Of a stretch of 64,000 nucleotides of DNA, positions 49,351-62,619 are shown one piece after another; position 1 is the first letter of the stretch, and each line of letters begins with the position of its first letter. Source of the stretch: Mobula hypostoma. Lineage: Eukaryota. Where the stretch lies: positions 80,478,001-80,542,000 of the forward strand of contig NC_086097.1 in assembly GCF_963921235.1 (NCBI RefSeq), read 5' to 3'. The position numbers and the translations under genes are program-made. A model generated the notes under the pieces. It was not told where the DNA came from and did no database searches. It saw only the letters and a program-made list of their open reading frames with translations.

Positions 49351-50343
49351 ATATTACAATCCAGGGGACTGAGCAGGATGGGGCAACTTTTTTCCTGAGT
49401 TGAGAAGAGATTGGATTCTGAAACCATAAGGCATTACGTCCTGTAGGCATGCAAGGCAAGAAATGAAGCTTTGAGCAGATGTAGACCTTTAAAATGACAA
49501 TGAAACGAATAGATTCTTTTGCATGTCAACATTTTCAAATTGATCACTGTTTAAATAACACTCATCAACATCTTTACTAAAATTGGCACAAACATCTGAA
49601 AAAATGGAACCACACACAAGTACCACATAATATACATAAATCATTATTAATAAATAACTGAGCAGCAAAATAATAGAATGTTATCTAACTTGCAGTCCCT
49701 AATTAATATTTATTTATTCAAGATATGGATTCACAGGGATGAGTAATTTCCATTCATGCCATGATGCAGAAACCTTTTGTGCTCCTTGCTAAATTACTTG
49801 TCATATTGCAGCGAAACCATCTCCCAAGTTTCCAGCTTAAAGTTTTTAGAATTTATCTTGAGAACCATAACATGCAATAGCATCGGCGTTCAGACTGAGA
49901 TGAGAATGAACCTCTGGCAATCTATTTGCACAAGAATGAAGGTTTGTTCACATGGCAACTGTCATTCTGTGGTCAGGGTGACCAGAATATTGATTCTGTG
50001 TATCTTCCCTTTTAATTTTCAGGAAAGAAAGAGAAAATTTCATCTGAGAGCAGCTTGCCCAGAGAACGTGATGACCTACGATGATTGTGTAGTCAGAGGC
50101 AATGTGCAATTAGCCATACTTCACTGAAGTGACTGAAATCTGGCTCACAACAATATTCATTTAGAAAACACACAATTATATTTCTTCAAATATTCTGACA
50201 CTTCCAAATTTTGCAAAACAATATTACAAACTGCTGATCTGCCCAGGATACATTCATTACTAAGATTTTCGGACGCATAAGTCAGAAAGATTTGTGTTAA
50301 TGTGTAGTTATATTTGTTTGCTCACATACAAAATCCAATGACT

Positions 50344-50612
50344 TATTTCTTTATTTATCGAGATGCATCACAGAATAGGTTCTTCTGGCACTTTGAGCTG
50401 TGCCACTCAGCAATCCCCTGATTTAATCCAAGACTAATCACGGGACAATTTTCAATGACCAATTAACTTACCAATGGTACGTCTTTGTACAGCTGGAAGA
50501 AAGAGGAGCACCCGGAGTACGTTCAAACTCCTTACAGGCAGTGGTGGAAATTGAACCCATGTCGCTGCTACTGTAAAGCATTGTGCTAACCATTATGTTA
50601 CCGTGCCACCCC
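50344..50612 (-). mobile_element. tRNA-derived V-SINE (HE1-like)
   Basis: Reverse complement gives A-box GGTAACATAATGGTTAGC, B-box GGGTTCAATTTCC, CTGTAAGGAGTTTG, CCGGGTGCTCC and a (TAAA) tail. Same family as 44560-44856. Confidence 0.78.
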
Positions 50613-51654
50613 ACGGTAGTGCAGTGGTTGGCACAACGCTAGTTTTAGCAGAATGCTAGTCTTGGTTCCTGTATAAGGAAATGGTAGTAAGAATTTGTTA
50701 TGCATGGACAATCTACTGATAAAGTACTTGGTCTGAAAGATATCCTCTCCGTATCCAAGGACACAAGGGAGGAAAATGAAGGAACCTCTTCTTAATCTTC
50801 CAGCGCCTAATAGTCTCGGGGTGGTACACAAAGAATGGAAAGCCGTGAATATTCACTCTTGCTTAAAAACTGTACAGGAATAAGTCCAGTAATGATAGAC
50901 CAGTCAGTTTGACCTCAGTGATGGGGCAAGTTCTAGAAAAATATCAGAAATAATTGGAACATACTTGAACATATGGATTGATCCAATGAATTCAGTTTGG
51001 AATTAAAAGGCAAACTGTATCTAATTAATTAACTTTACAGAGTTTTTAAAGTAATAGGGTCTATAAGGTAATTTTGATTGATGTGTAAATGTGGATTTCC
51101 AGTGTTTGATAAGATGCTCCTTAGTAGGTTTGTCATCTAAATTAAAGACCATGGAATAGTAGAGGTAGTAGCTGGTTGGGTAGAGGTTTGCGTGGGTAGA
51201 TTCATGAAGCTGGGGTTGATCTTCTTGGGCCAGAGAAGGCAGCAAATAGTATCCGGAAAGTGGATCCAGGGGTAATTCTGGACATATATCCAATTGCAGT
51301 AATAGGAAGCTGAAAACACCTCACTAGAATACGGGTTAAAGATGGGGGAATGGGTCTGACTCAATTACCCTTTCATTGGTAGAGACTCGACCCAAATGGT
51401 CTCCTTGCATTCTGTAATCATTCTGTGAGTCTGTGATTATACAGGTGGGTATGGCTGGGTAAAACCGATGTGAAATGCACAAGTCTCTTCTCATAAGGAT
51501 TCTGCTCTCATTCATTGTTTCTTTATGAAAGAAAAAAATACTTCCCACGTATTCAGAGGAAATATCAGCAAACCTGCATGTAAATGTTGTTCCCAGCACT
51601 TAACCCCATCTGTGCCATTCCCCAGCTCTTCACTCTAAGGGCTAACTGCTGAAT

Positions 51655-52370
51655 TAGACCATAAGACAAAGGAGTAGAAGTCGGCCATTTGGCCCATCGA
51701 GTCTGCTCCACCATTTTATCATGAGCTGATCCATTCTCCCATTTAGTCCCACTCCCCGCCGCCTTCTCACCATAACCTTTGATGCCCTGGCTACTCAGAT
51801 ACTTATCAATCTCTGCCTTAAATACACCCAATGACTTGGCCTCCACTGCCGCCTGTGACAACAAATTCCATAGATTCACCACCCTCCGACTACAAAAAAT
51901 TTCTTCACATCTCTGTTCTGAATGGGCGCCCTTCAATCCTTAAGTCATGCCCTCTCGTACTAGACTCCCCCATCATGGGAAACAACTTTGCCACATCCAC
52001 TTTGTCCATGCCTTTCCACATTTGAAATGTTTCTATGAGGTCTCCCCTCATTCTTCTAAACTCCAAGGAGTACAGTCCAAGAGTGGACAAACGTTCCTCA
52101 TATGTTAACCCTCTCATTCCCAGAATCATTCTAGTGAATCTTTTTCTGTACCCTCTCCAATGTCAGCACATTCTTTCTTAAATAAGGAGACCAAAACTGC
52201 CCACAGTACTCCATGTGAGGTCTCCATGTCTCACCAGCGCCTTATAGAGCCTCAACATCACATCCCTGCTCCTATACTCTATTCCTCTAGAAATGAATGC
52301 CAACATTGCATTCACCTTCTTCATCACCGACTCAACCTGGAGGTTAACCTTAAGGGTATCCTGCACGAGG
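51655..52370 (-). mobile_element. CR1 LINE 3' fragment
   Basis: NAMLAFISRGIEYRSRDVMLRLYKALVR; GLTYEERLSTLGLYSLEFRRMRGDLIETF. Tail AGACCATAAGAC on the plus strand. Confidence 0.92.
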
Positions 52371-52371
52371 A

Positions 52372-53388
52372 CTTACAGGCAGATTTACTGATAAATATGC
52401 CTATTTGATTCTATGTTAATTGCACCTGCACAGTTTGGGGACTGCAATTTGAGCTTTGAAGTCATGACAGTAGTCAATAAAGGCTGTGTAATGTTGGCGA
52501 TATTGTTTAACCTGGTGATTGACTGGGTTATGATGCAAACAATGAAAGATCAGTAGAGAGGCATTAGGTGGACTCCATTCTCTACTTTAGAAGACGCTGA
52601 CTTTGAGGATGACTGTGCATTACTTTCACATACATACCAGTACATGCAAGAGAAAACTCAGTGCCCGTGTGCCTTTGGTGGACAGATTGGATTCAGAGTC
52701 AACCAGAGAAGGACTGAGACCATAACTCTCAATGTCGAGTCTCCTTCCCCATCAAGGCATACGGTGTTGGCTTACCCAGCACCAGCAATTTCACCTACCT
52801 GTGCAGTATCATTCAGCAGGATGGTGAGACCAAGGGTGAAATTCAGTGCAGACTCAGCAAATCTAGAAACATCTTCAGATCAATGAGTAACACGTGGGGA
52901 TCATCCAAGTACAACGTCTACACCAAGGTGAAGCTGTATCAGAGCGGTGTTCTGTCCACACTTGTACGGGTCAGAACGCTGGCGCATGACAGAGGACGAC
53001 CTTGCCGAGCTGTCGTCATTCCAGACCTTGAGCTTCCGGATCCTCTGTATTTTCTAGCCAAGAAGGATCTCCAACCATGCCCTACTCCTTCAGCGTCATC
53101 AAGAGGACGTGGCCACAATCACCATGAGGAAACCTTAGAGGTGGATTGGGCATGTGGTAAGAAGAGAAGCTAACTCCATCATCAGGGCAGCACTTCACTG
53201 GACCCCTGAAGGACGGAGCAAACATGGGAGACCAAAGATAACTTGGCACTGTACCATAGAGGCAGAAATGAGGACCCTGACCACATCTGTGGAACAATAG
53301 AGAAGATGGCCAAGGACAGACAGAGATGGAGGACTTTCATTACTGTCCTAAATGCCAGTGGTTTTTCAGGCAGTAACTAACTAACTAA
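52372..53388 (+). mobile_element. RTE-clade LINE 3' fragment (RT domain remnant and tail)
   Basis: FEVMTVVNKGCVMLAILFNLVIDWVM...GIRWTPFSTLEDADFEDD (decayed GVRQGC and DFADD); TKVKLYQSGVLSTL; RWIGHV; ALHWTPEG. (TAAC)n tail. Confidence 0.85.
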
Positions 53389-53694
53389 TGCTTATATGAA
53401 GTCAGTCTGAGAATACGTTTTGCCAAGTACTGTCAGAATCAAGGGCATTGCTGGCAAGTCCAGCACGTATGATCCATCATTTATTGACCTTGAGAAAGTG
53501 ATGGCCAGCTGCTTTGAACTGCTGCTGAAGGCCTTGCTGCATTACTGCTGGAGAGGGAGTTCCACCATTTAGATCCTGTGGCCCCAGAATGCAGAACCTA
53601 CATTCCGGACTGCAGTCACAGTAGGCTGCTTAGTACTGGATGGTCTCAACTTTTTTGGAGAAGTTCAGAAGCAGGAGAAAGGGAGAACAAAGAT

Positions 53695-54112
53695 GAAGTT
53701 CCAAGTTCAAAGTAAATTCATTATCAATGTCACCATATACTACCCTGAGGTTCTTTTTTCTTGCAGGCATTCACAGTAGAACAAAGAAATACAGTAGAAT
53801 CAATGAAGAACTACACACAAAGGCCAACAAACAACCATGTGCAAAAGAACACAAACTGTGTAAATACAAAAATCAAATAATCAAGCAAATAAATAAATAA
53901 ATAATAGTGAGAACGTGAGTTGTAGAGTCCTTGAAAATGAGTCCACAGGTTATGAAATCTGTTCAGTGTTGAGCTAAGTGAAGGTTTAGGAGCCTAATGG
54001 TTGAAGGGTAATTAACTGTTCCTGAACCTGGTTGTGTGGGACCTAAAGCTCATACACCTTCTTCCTGATGGCAGCAACGAGAAGAGGTCATGGCTGGATG
54101 ATGGGGGTCCTT
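53695..54112 (-). mobile_element. Rex1/Babar-like LINE 3' fragment
   Basis: Reverse complement encodes DPHHPAMTSSRCCHQEEG, with FSLLPSGRR...RSHTTRFRNS in the adjacent frame. AAGTTCAAAG tail. Confidence 0.72.
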
Positions 54113-57059
54113 GAGGGAAATGGAAAATATAGAGGGTAAGGAAAGCAGCAACCAAGCAGATGAATAAAAAAAACATGAAACATAAAGAAACTGGTCTCTT
54201 TCTAAGCTTGAGTTTGTTCTTTGGAATTTTATTGATCTCAAACAAAAGGGCAAGTTACAAAGCAAGGCTTAATTGCTGACAAACTTCATGACAGTAATCA
54301 ATAGATTTTTAGATTATTCATGGGATAACTGGTTAGTGCAGAGTAGCAATAGATCAGCTGTGATCTTACTGAATGGCAGAGCAGGCACTGGTGGGCTAAA
54401 TGAGGTGTCCTGCTTCTGTCATTTATGTCCTTTATGTTCCTGAGAAATGTTATAGATTTACAAGTTAAGGGAACCCTGGATGATCCGAGAGTTCCTAAAT
54501 ACAGTCAGGAAGAATAAGGATTAATATGTAAGGTTTAGGAAGCTAAGATCAGACTGGGATCTTGTGAAATATAAAAATAGCAAGAAAATGATCAAGCAGG
54601 TGATTATGAAGGCCAAAAGTGCACAGTTCATGATAATCCCAAAGCATTTTATGCTTACATTAAGAAAAAAGAAGATAACCAAGGAAAGGGTAGGTCCACT
54701 CAAGGGTAAAGAAGGGAATATGCTTGGGAATATACTATGAACTAAATGAAAGTGCAGAAGGGATAAGCGGAGCAGCCATTATTGGGGCAGCCATTGTCAG
54801 GATTAGGCCAGTAACGAGAGTAGAAGCGACAGGCTTTGGCTCGGAAGAGGCATCGGCTCTGTGTAAAGCGTCTGTTAAGGTTTCCTTTTTGGTTTTACTT
54901 CCCTTCCTTACTGTACCACTTAAATGGCAGTGGTGTGCTCTTCATGCCAGATGTTGGAGAACCGGGGAACTACATCTGTGTGAAGTACATCCGGCTGCAG
55001 CTCCTTGAGGACTGTGTTAGGGATCTGGAGCAACATCTGGATGACCTTCGGCTTGTACGGGAGAGTGAGGATATAATTGATCAAAGTTGCAGGGAAGTAG
55101 TCACCCTGAAGTTGCAGGAGGTGAGTCACTGGGTGACCGGCAGGAGAAATGGAAATAGGTAGTTAGAGACACCTATGTTTCCTCCCAGGTGCCAGGGTCA
55201 GGGATGTCTCAGATCACGTCCACAATGTTTTGGAGAGGGAGGGGGAGCAGCCAGATGTCTTGGTACAAATTGGTACCAAAGACATAGGAAGGAAAAGCAA
55301 TGAGGTCCTGAAAAGAGAATTTAGAGAGCTAGGTAGAAAGCTGAGAAGCAGGACGTCCCAAGTAGTAATTTCTGGATTGTTGTCTGTGCTACACACCATT
55401 GAGGGTAGAAACAGGATAATTTGGCAGATAAATGCATGGCTGAGAAGCTGGTGCAGTGGTCAGGGCTTCAGGTTATTGGATAATTGGGATCTCTTCTGGG
55501 GGATATATGGCCTGTTCAAAAATGATGAGTTGCACCTGAACCCAAGGGGGACCAATATTTTCACGGGTAGGTTTGTTAGAGGGGAGGGTTTAAACTAACT
55601 TGGCAGAGGGGGGTGGGAACCAGAGTGAAGGGACTCAGGAAAGGACAGATGGTAAAAAAATAAAGATAGCGTGAAGTCAGATTGTCAGGAAGGGCAGGCA
55701 GGCGATGGGACTTAGTTGCAGCCAACAGGTTGAGTATCAAATCATTAGGGATGCGGAATCAGAAAGGATAGTAAATATGGTACTCAGGGTGTTGTATCTA
55801 AATGCACATAGTATAAGAAATAAGGTGGATGATCTTGTTACAATATTACAGTTTGCCAGGTTTGAAGTTGTGGTCATCACTGAATCGTGGCTGAAGGATG
55901 GTTGCAGTTAGGAGCTGAATGTCCAAGGTTATATCAGAGGGATAGGAAGGTAGGCAGAGGAGATGGTGTGGCTCTACTGGTAAAGAATGATATCAAATCA
56001 GTAGAAAGATGTGACATAGGATTGGAAGATGTTGAATCCTTGTGGATTGAGTTAAGAAACTGCAAGGGTAAAAGGACACTGTTATATATAGGCCTCCTAA
56101 AAGTGGCTAGGAGGTGGACCATAGGTTACAAAAGGCAAGTCAAAAGGGCAATGTTATGGTAGTCATGGGAAATTTAACATGCTGGTTGATTGGGAAAATC
56201 AAGTTCATAATGGATCTCATGAGAGTGAATTTGTTGAATGCCTAAGAGATAGCTTTTTAGAGCAGTTTGTCATTGAGCCTACTAGGGGATCAGCTATACT
56301 GGATTGGGTGCTATGTAATGAACTGAAGGTGATTAGCGAGTTTAAGGTAAAAGAACCCTTTGGAACCAGTGATCACGATATGATTGAGTTCAACTTGAAA
56401 TGTGATAGGGAGAAAGTAAATTCTGATGTAGCAGTATTTCAGTGGAGTAAAGGAAATTACAGTGGTATGCGAGAGGAGGCGCCAAAGTAAATTGGAAGGA
56501 GCTGCTGGCAGGGATGTCAGCAGAGCAACAATGAGCAATCAGGGAAAAATGAAGAAGCTGCAGGACATGTGTATTCCAAAAGTGAAGAAATACTCAAATG
56601 GTAAAACAGTACAACCGTGGCTGACAAGGGAAGTCAAAGCAAATGTAAAAGCAAAAGAGAAGGCATACAAGGTACATAAGTCAGCCAGACCAGAGGAACT
56701 GCACCCTAGGGTTCTGAAAGAGGTAGCATTAGAGATTGTGGTGGTGTTAGAAACGATCTTTCAAAAATTATTGGACTCTGGCATGGTGCCAGAGGACTGG
56801 AAAATTGCAACTGTTACTCCACTCTTTAGGAAAGGAAGAAAGCATAAGAAAGGAAATTATAGACCAGTCAGCCTGACCTCGCTGGTTGGGAAGATGTTAG
56901 AGTCAATTGTTAAGGATGAGATGATGGAGTACTTGGTAACAGAGGACAAGATAGTACAAAGTCAGCATGGTTTTCGTAAAGGAAAATTATGCCTAACGAA
57001 ACTATTGGAATTCTTTGAGGAGATTACAAGTAGGATAGATAAAGGGGATGCAGTGGATG

Positions 57060-57666
57060 CTCTGTCCGCCAGAGAAAGCAGGATCTCCTGGTGGCCACAC
57101 ATTTTAATTCCACGTCCCATTCCCATTCTGATATGTCTATCCACAGCCTCCTCTACTGTCAAGATGAAGCCACACTCAGGTTGGAAGAACAACACCTAAC
57201 ATTCCATTTGGGTAGCCTCCAACCTGATGGCATGAGCATTGACTTCTCAAACTTCCGCTAATGCCCCACCTCCCCCTCGTACACCATCCATTATTTATTT
57301 ATTTATATACTGTGCACACATTCTTTTTCTCTCTCTCCTTTTTCTCCCTCTGTCCCCCTCACTATACCTCTTGCCCATCCTCTGGGTTTTCCCCAGCCTC
57401 CCCCTTTTCTTTTCCCCTAGGCCTCCTGTCCCATGATCCCCTCATATCCCTTTTGGCAATCACCTGTCCAGCTCTTGGCTCCATCCCTCACCCTCCTGTC
57501 TTCTCCTATCATTTTGGATCTCCCCTTCCCCCTCCCACTTTCAAATCTCTTACTAGCTCTTCTTTCAGTTAGTCCTGACGAAGGGTCTCGGCCCGAAACA
57601 TCGACTGTACCTCTTCCTAGAGATGCTGCCTGGCCTGCTGCATTCACCAGCAACTTTTATGTGTGC
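57060..57666 (+). mobile_element. Young PLE 3' fragment nested in CR1 RT
   Basis: Flanked by TGCAGTGGATG at 57049-57059 and 57667-57677. Removing it rejoins KGDAVDVVYLDFQKAFD. Confidence 0.95.
57571..57606 (+). ncRNA. Minimal type I hammerhead motif
   Basis: AGTC-CTGACGA-AGGGTCTCGGCCC-GAAAC-ATC-GACT: intact boxes, AUC triplet, stem III palindrome broken by a G-to-A change. Confidence 0.65.
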
Positions 57667-58889
57667 TGCAGTGGATGTTGTATATTTGGACTTCCAGAAG
57701 GCCTTTGACAAGGTGCCACACATGAGGCTGCTTACCAAGTTAAGAGCCCATGGTGTTACAGGAAAGTTACTAACATGGTTAGCATATTGGCTGGTTGGTA
57801 GGAGGCAGCAAGTGGGAATAAAAGGATCCTTTAGTGGTTGGCTGCCAGTGACTAGTGATGTTCAGCAGGGGTCGGTGTTGGGATGCTTCTTTTTATGCTG
57901 TGTATCAATGATTTAGATAATGGAATAGTTAACTTTGTTGCCAAGTTTGCAGATGATACAAAGATTGGTGGAGGGGCAGGTAGTGTTGAAGAAACAGGTA
58001 GGATGCAGAAGGACTTTGACAGATTAGGAGAATGGACAAGAAAATAGCAAATGAAATACAATGTTGGAAAATGCATGGTTGAGCACTTTGGTAGTAGAAA
58101 TAAATGTGCAGACTATTTTCTAAACTGGGAGAAAATCCAGGAACCTGAGATGCAGAGGTACTTGGGAGTCCTTGTGCAGAACACCCTGAAGCTTAATTTG
58201 CAGGTTGAGTCAGTGATGAGGAAGGCAAATGCCATGTTAGCATTCATTTCAGGAGGTCCAGAGTACAAGAGCAAGGATGTGATGCTGAGGCTTTATAAGG
58301 CACTGGTGAGGCCTCACCTTGAGTATTGTGAACAGTTTTGGGCCCCTCATCTTTGAATAGATATGCTGGCATTGGAGATGGTCCAGAGGAGGTTCACAAG
58401 GATGATTCCAGGAATGAAAGGGTTATCATACGAGGAACATTTAATGACTCTGGGTCTGCAATTGCTGGAATTCAGAAGGATGAGGAGGGATCTTATTGAA
58501 ACCTTTTGAATGTTGAAAAGCCTAGACAGAGTAGATGTGGAAAAGATCTTTCCCATGGTGGGAGAGTGTAGGACAAGTGGGCATAGTCTCAGGATAGAGG
58601 GGCACCCTTCCAAAACAGAGATGCAGAGAAGTTTCTTTAACCAAAGGGTGGTGAATTTGTGGAACTTGTTGCCATATGCAGCTGTGGAGGCCAGGTCGTT
58701 GGGTGTATTTAAGGCAGAGATTGATAGGTTCTTGATTGGACATGACATCAAAGGTTATGGGGAGAAGGCCAGGAACTGGGGTTGAGGAGGAGAAAGAAAT
58801 AAAGGATCAGCCATGGTTGAATGGTGGACCAGACTTGATGGGCCAGATGACCTAATTCTGCTCCTATGTCTTATGGTCTTATGGCGTCA

Positions 58890-60065
58890 GAGGAAGTAGC
58901 TGAAGTACTAAATGAGTAGATAAAGGAAGTGATTGGAAGACAGTATAAAACAGAGTGGGGCATGTTAATGTACTGAGACATTTTGAGATTAAGGAGGAGA
59001 TAGTGCTGGATCTTTTGAGAAGCATTAAGGGTGACATGTTCCTAGGGTCTGATGGCATATATCCCAAAATATTGAAAGAAGTAAGTAAAGAGATTGCTGA
59101 GGCCTTGACAAGCAACACACGAGGTCCTGGAGAACTGGAAAGTAGCAAATGTTGGGCCTTTGGTCAGGAAAGGAAATGTGGATAATTGAGTTAATTGTAA
59201 GCCAGTGAGCCTCACCTCAGTGGTAGGGAAGTGGCTGGAGATGATATTGATGGATAGGATTTATGCACATCAGAAAAATAGGGGTTGAAGGCTATTATTC
59301 TGGATAAAGGTCGATGAACAGCTGTGTGTCACAAGGACATGAGGATCGGTGCTGGGACCTCTGTTGTTTGTAATATATAGCAATGACTTCAGTGAAAATG
59401 TCAATGGGTGGATTATCAAATTGCAGACAACATAAAGATTGGGGGGTTGTGGACAGTGTAATGGATTGCAGTGCAATAGAGATGTGGACAGAGAAAGGGC
59501 AGATAGAGTTTAATCTGGGCAAGTGTGAGGTGTTGCACTTTGGGAGGTCAAATGAAAGGAGGTATTATACAGTTAATGGTAAGCCCCTTAATAGCATTGA
59601 AATACGGAGGAATCTTGGAGCCCAGGTCTACAGTTTGCTGGAAGAGGTTACACAAGTAGATAATGTGGTAAAGAAGGCATATGGAATGATGAGTACAAAA
59701 GCAACTTCAGTTAGTTGCTTGTAGTTGCAACTTTAGTGTGGCCTAGACCACACTTGGAGCGAGTTTTGTGTGCACTTCTGGTTGCCCCATTGTAGGAAGG
59801 ATGTGAAAACTATGGAGAGGGTGCAGGTAGGTTCACTGGGATGCTGCCTGAATTAAAGATTATAACCTAGAATGACAGGTAGGACAAACCTGGATTATTC
59901 TTCTAGAGAATAGGAAGCTAAGAGGACATCTGACAGAAGTTTTTTTTAAAATTATGAGACTAGACAGTCAGAATCTTTCCACCAAGGTAGAGGGGGGTAA
60001 GTTTTTATGCAGAGTGGTAGAGCCTGGAATTGGCTACCAGGGATAGTTGTGGAAGCTGGCATATA
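58890..60065 (+). mobile_element. Older decayed CR1 ORF2 fragment
   Basis: GSDGIYPKILKEVSKEIAEAL; GSVLGPLLFVIY; FNLGKCEVLHFGRSN. Confidence 0.8.
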
Positions 60066-61183
60066 CAGGAAATCGATGCAACAGGTTACCTTGAAACTGT
60101 TGAGAGAACCTTTTACCTTCAAACTATGGTGCTTAAAGACTTGGAAGATAAAATCAACAGGAAATGAAACTACTCTAAAATTTAAGGAGGCTGCCATAGT
60201 GTAATAGTAAGGTTATAATTCATGTAGGTGTTTTAATTCAGTAATTGATTGTCAATTTGCAAAACTCTTTGTCAGCAATGTGTATTTTAGTGTCATTCTA
60301 TAGAAACCTTGGCCACCTAATATGTGAAATGTAACACTACTCGTTTATCATCACTGGGTCGACACCTGAAGCTTGTTGCTTCTAATAAGAGATTTGGATA
60401 TTCTGAGGTGTAAACCAAGATTCACTATTTGTGCTTTCATTCTTAAGGAAATTCCTTATTGATGCCAATGAACGTGCTAAAGATGAGGTGTCCATTCTTT
60501 ACAAATTATAATCAGCCAAAATAAAGAAATATTGTTGTAGATATTTATTGATAATTAGTACTGGAAGAAACAAAAAATGGCTAAGAAGTGATACCAAATG
60601 AGTCTTCAAATCTCTGCAGTGTTTGTATGAGTGGTGTTGAAAAATTATTCAACTGCTGTCTAAGGTTTGGTGTCTGTGTTCATTATTTCTTCATTGCTGA
60701 TTGGTACATCTCCAGTAAAATAATAATAAATTCAAGGTCTTCAGCTAAAATACAGATAGCTAATCCTAACAAAAATCATGAGTATGATTTTATGGAGAAG
60801 CAGGAAAGATGAGGAATGTTCACCAGTTCAGAAAGCATCGATAAGGATTTGTGGAGTCAATGGTTTGAACTTTGAACTCTGTGGTTCGAAATATGTTTGC
60901 CCAGCACCTGCTCTTCGGACGTATGGGTTAAGACCTGTGAACAGCGGGATGCAGCACCACAACCCCATGGCTGATTGTGTGCTCCATCACTGGTACAAAC
61001 GAAAGATGTGTACTTGGCTTCTGTGTGCCTGTGACCTTTCTCAAACAGCAGTGAGTAATGAAATGGGACTCAGAGAGGATTTCAACTACCTACCCGGAAG
61101 GGTCCCGACACAAATGAGTACATGGCCACATCCACCTGTAATATTGTCCTTGCCTGGTCTTGAGGTTGTATTTGAGGCGACTT

Positions 61184-61345
61184 CAAGTTCAAGTTGAAGT
61201 TCATTGTCACTCAGCTGTATATGTAAGGACCACCAAACGAAATAATGTTCCTCCAGACCAAGGTGCACAGCACAGTACATATAGTTCACATACAATGCAT
61301 AAAGCAATATTGCCACAAATAAATTAATAAATAATAAAACCAAAT
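61184..61345 (-). mobile_element. Short non-LTR 3' tail (Rex1-like)
   Basis: (CAAGTT)n on the plus strand followed by an A-rich UTR, same style as 53695 and 61938. Confidence 0.45.
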
Positions 61346-61937
61346 AAAAATTGGAAGCATGTTTACTTTGCAAACATTTCACTCCTGCAGGTGGCAACAA
61401 TGTGTTTTCAGATAAAACTGGCAATGATTCCTTTCCAGCAAAGGTGCATGATCCCACACAGAGCAGTGAAACCTTGTAACCCTCACAATGCCTTCACTCC
61501 ATGGCTGTTGGCTGGAGTTGCTGCATTTTCAGCTATGACAAATTATAAATGGGAAGCAAGACATCAGCCATCAGCATTACGATTGGATATATGAATGTGT
61601 GAAGGGAATCATGCCAAGAACAGGCTCCAAGCTCTGCACAAACCATGTGCAAGATCAGTGTTTACTCTTCTATGCTTCATGACAGTCCTGCTAACATGTT
61701 ATGTAGGAATCCTTGACACCTTCTGAGGAAAGCTCATCAGTCTGAATCATTAATGGTGCTTCTCTTTCCACAGGAGCTGCTGCATCTGCTCAGGATTTAC
61801 AGCAGTTTATGTTTTACCTCAGCTGGAGTGTCATACATTCCGTGGTGTGTGGCCGAAAGTCTTCAGGTGAGGGCAGGCTTGCCAGAATCCTCAAACAATC
61901 CCTCCCCACTAGAATGTTCTGGGCAGCAAAGTGGCCT

Positions 61938-62465
61938 GTTCAAAGTTCAAAGTAAATTTTATTATCAAAGTACATATATGTCACTATGTACCACCCTGAG
62001 ATGCAATTTCCTGCAAGCATACTCAGCAAATCGATTGAATAGTGACTACAACGGGATCAATGATAGATCAACTGGAGTGCACAAGACAAATCGTGCAAAT
62101 GCAAACCAACAGTAATAAATAATGAGAAAATGAGATAGCAAGATATAGAGTCCTTAAAGTGAGATTATCGGTGGGAGAACATTTCATTGGATGAGCAAGT
62201 GAATGTAGTTATCCCCTTTGTTCAAGATCCTGATGGTTGTGGGGTTGTAACTGTTCTTGAACTTGATGTGTGAGTCCTGAGGCTCTTGTTCCTTCTACCC
62301 GATGGCAGCAGTGAGAAAAGAGCCTGGCTTGGGTAGTGGGGATCTCTGGTGATGGATGCTCCTTTCCTATGACAGCATTTCATGTAGATGTGCTCAATGG
62401 TTGAGAGGCTTCACCCCTGATATAGTGGACTGAATCCACTGCCTTTTGTAGAATCTTCCGATCAA
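61938..62465 (-). mobile_element. Rex1/Babar-like LINE 3' fragment
   Basis: Reverse complement parallels 62860-63070 and 53695-54112. GTTCAAAGTTCAAAG tail. Confidence 0.72.
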
Positions 62466-62489
62466 AGACTGTTAGAGCTGTTGCCACAG

Positions 62490-62617
62490 AGTACTGTAGA
62501 ACTGGACTTATTCCTGACCTCGAGTGCTGCCTCTGTAGAGATTACGCATTTTCCCTGCGACCGCATGGATTTCCCTGGGTGCTCCAGCTTCCTTCCACAT
62601 CCCAAAGACATGCATAT
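62490..62617 (+). mobile_element. V-SINE central-domain fragment
   Basis: CTCTGTAGAG...GCATGGATTTCCCTGGGTGCTCCAGCTTCCTTCCACATCCCAAAGACATG. Confidence 0.65.
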
Positions 62618-62619
62618 GT

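Larger units (their letters stand above)
54750..58884 (+). mobile_element. Near full-length but internally deleted CR1 LINE (ORF1 zinc finger/esterase, ORF2 APE-RT), interrupted by a PLE
   Basis: YICVKYIRLQLL; VQIGTKDIG; LHLNPRG; YLNAHSIRNK; SDH; SGMVPEDWKIATVTPLFRKG..NYRPVSLTS; VDVVYLDFQKAFDKVPH; KFADDTK; RPHLEYC. (TCTTATGG)n tail. Confidence 0.95.

Noticed and set aside
49995..50127. Splice-acceptor-like TTTTAATTTTCAG followed by a short open frame
   Set aside because: No convincing donor or recognisable peptide, and such sites are common in AT-rich DNA.
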